A DNA stretch of 32,000 nucleotides, from NCBI RefSeq assembly GCF_033372575.1, contig NZ_CP104094.1, positions 1 to 32,000 on the forward strand, written 5' to 3'. Within the stretch, counting starts at the first letter, position 1, and each line of letters starts with the position of its first letter. Under the pieces are notes generated by a model, which saw nothing but the letters and a program-made list of their open reading frames with translations, had not been told where the DNA came from and made no database searches. Position numbers and translations under genes: made by a program. Positions 30,796-32,000 of the stretch are shown here, in pieces. The DNA comes from Candidatus Saccharimonadota bacterium (GTDB lineage Bacteria > Bacteroidota > Bacteroidia > Flavobacteriales > Blattabacteriaceae).

Positions 30796-30871
30796 TCATT
30801 AAAAAAAATTTGAAAATGGTATAAAATAAAAATTATATGAAAGTAATACTAAAAAAACATAAATTAATAAT

Positions 30872-31291
30872 ATGAATAACGAACTAAATAAAAAAAAAAT
30901 GAAAAAGAAGAAAATTAAAAATAAATTAAAAAAAAAAAAAATATATTATGGGGATGGAAATATATATATACATTCTACATTTAATAATATAATTATATCA
31001 TTAACGGATAAAAAAGGTAATGTTTTAGCATGGTCTTCATCCGGTAAAATGAAATTAAAAGGATCAAAAAAAAATACTCCATTTGCAGGACAAATAACAG
31101 CTAAAAATATTTGTGAAAAATGTATTCAATTAGGTATAAAAAAAGTAAGTATAATAATTAAAGGACCAGGTTCTGGAAGAGAATCAGCTATAAGAACAAT
31201 AAGTAATAATGGGATTAATATTAGATCAATAAAAGATAGAACACCATTACCTCATAATGGATGTAGACCACCAAAAAAAAGAAGAATATAA
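30872..31291 (+). CDS. rpsK: 30S ribosomal protein S11
   Basis: 139-aa [50 protein letters not shown]-rich N-terminal extension. Confidence 0.96.
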   Translation: MNNELNKKKMKKKKIKNKLKKKKIYYGDGNIYIHSTFNNIIISLTDKKGNVLAWSSSGKMKLKGSKKNTPFAGQITAKNICEKCIQLGIKKVSIIIKGPGSGRESAIRTISNNGINIRSIKDRTPLPHNGCRPPKKRRI

Positions 31292-31302
31292 TATAATAAA
31301 TT

Positions 31303-31908
31303 ATGTCAAGATATATAGGACCAAGAAATAAAATTTCAAGAAGATTAAATAAATATATATACGGAAATAAAAAATATTTTAAAAAAAAACAATATCCACC
31401 AGGTCAACATGGTTTATTAAAAAAAAGAATAGTAAAAAAATCTAATTATTATATTCAATTATTAGAAAAACAAAAAGTAAAATATAAATATGGAATATTA
31501 GAAAAACAATTTAAAAGAATGTTTAATATAGTAAATAAAAAAAAAGGAATAACAGGAGAATTATTATTACAAATGTGTGAACGTAGATTAGATAATGTAG
31601 TATATAGAATAGGTTATGCAGTATCTAGATATGCAGCTAGACAATTAGTGACTCATAAACATATTAAAGTAAATAATAAAACTATTAATATACCTTCATT
31701 TAATATAAAAATAGGTGATATAATCTCATTAAATGAAAAAATGAAAAATAATATAAATGTTTTAAATGCATTAACAATAAATAAAAATAAAAATAAAGAT
31801 TGGTTAAAATGGAATGAAGAAAATATGTCTTCAGAATGTTTAAAATTACCTAATATAAAAAATATAGACATTGATCATCAATTAATTGTAGAATTATATA
31901 ATAAATAA
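31303..31908 (+). CDS. rpsD: 30S ribosomal protein S4
   Basis: 201-aa ORF. MSRYIGPRNKISRRL, PPGQHG, ERRLDNVVYR.G.A.SR..ARQLV.H.HI.VN (S4 domain). Confidence 0.96.
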   Translation: MSRYIGPRNKISRRLNKYIYGNKKYFKKKQYPPGQHGLLKKRIVKKSNYYIQLLEKQKVKYKYGILEKQFKRMFNIVNKKKGITGELLLQMCERRLDNVVYRIGYAVSRYAARQLVTHKHIKVNNKTINIPSFNIKIGDIISLNEKMKNNINVLNALTINKNKNKDWLKWNEENMSSECLKLPNIKNIDIDHQLIVELYNK

Positions 31909-31937
31909 TTATATAATAAATAATTATATAATAAATT
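31893..31937. repeat. 15-bp tandem repeat ATTATATAATAAATA x3 spanning the rpsD stop codon
   Basis: Copies at 31893-31907, 31908-31922 and 31923-37 (last base differs). The rpsD TAA (31906-31908) straddles the junction of copies 1 and 2. Confidence 0.9.
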
Positions 31938-31940
31938 ATT

Positions 31941-32000
31941 ATGAAAGATTTTAAAATAATAATAAAAAAAAATAATAAAAATTTAGGAATATTTAAAATT
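31941..32000 (+). CDS. rpoA: Probable 5' end of DNA-directed RNA polymerase subunit alpha (partial, runs off the window)
   Basis: ATG at 31941 opens a frame (MKDFKIIIKKNNKNLGIFKI...) in the conserved slot directly after rpsD. Only 20 codons are visible, so the call rests on synteny. Confidence 0.45.
   Translation, partial: MKDFKIIIKKNNKNLGIFKI

Overview
This is a gene-dense, extremely AT-rich segment, roughly 85-90% A+T by eye (not computed). Proteins are dominated by K/N/I/Y/F. It looks like core housekeeping DNA from a highly reduced bacterial genome. The best fit is a Bacteroidota (Flavobacteriales-type) insect endosymbiont. Support from remembered consensus: EF-Tu '[13 protein letters not shown]' and '[13 protein letters not shown]', L2 'GGGHKKKYRLIDFKR', and a DUF4290-like protein. 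No species call is possible without a search. Gene content, left to right: rpoB-rplJ-rplA-nusG-tRNATrp-tuf-tRNAGly/Tyr/Thr on the minus strand; leuS; ruvC (minus); lon-metG-rsmA-sufB-sufC-sufD-sufS; rpmB (minus); a DUF4290-like ORF; tRNAVal-map-rpsG-fusA-rplC-rplD-rplW-rplB-rpsS-rplV-rpsC-rplE-rpsH-rplF-rplR-rpsE-rpsK-rpsD and the start of rpoA. I see no mobile elements, CRISPR, rRNA, defence or accessory islands, and no novel multi-gene system. Three things deserve a second look. (1) A 317-nt G/C-free tract with A-homopolymers up to 102 nt sits in the 5' part of sufD. It separates the sufD ATG from the sufD body by one frame, yet the body frame stays free of stops. (2) The conserved ribosomal-protein clusters are strikingly contracted. 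rpsJ, rplP-rpmC-rpsQ-rplN-rplX, rpsN, rpmD-rplO-secY-infA-rpmJ-rpsM, rplK, rplL, secE and rpsL are all absent from their canonical slots, and map has moved. (3) Several short tandem repeats lie at gene ends and junctions.
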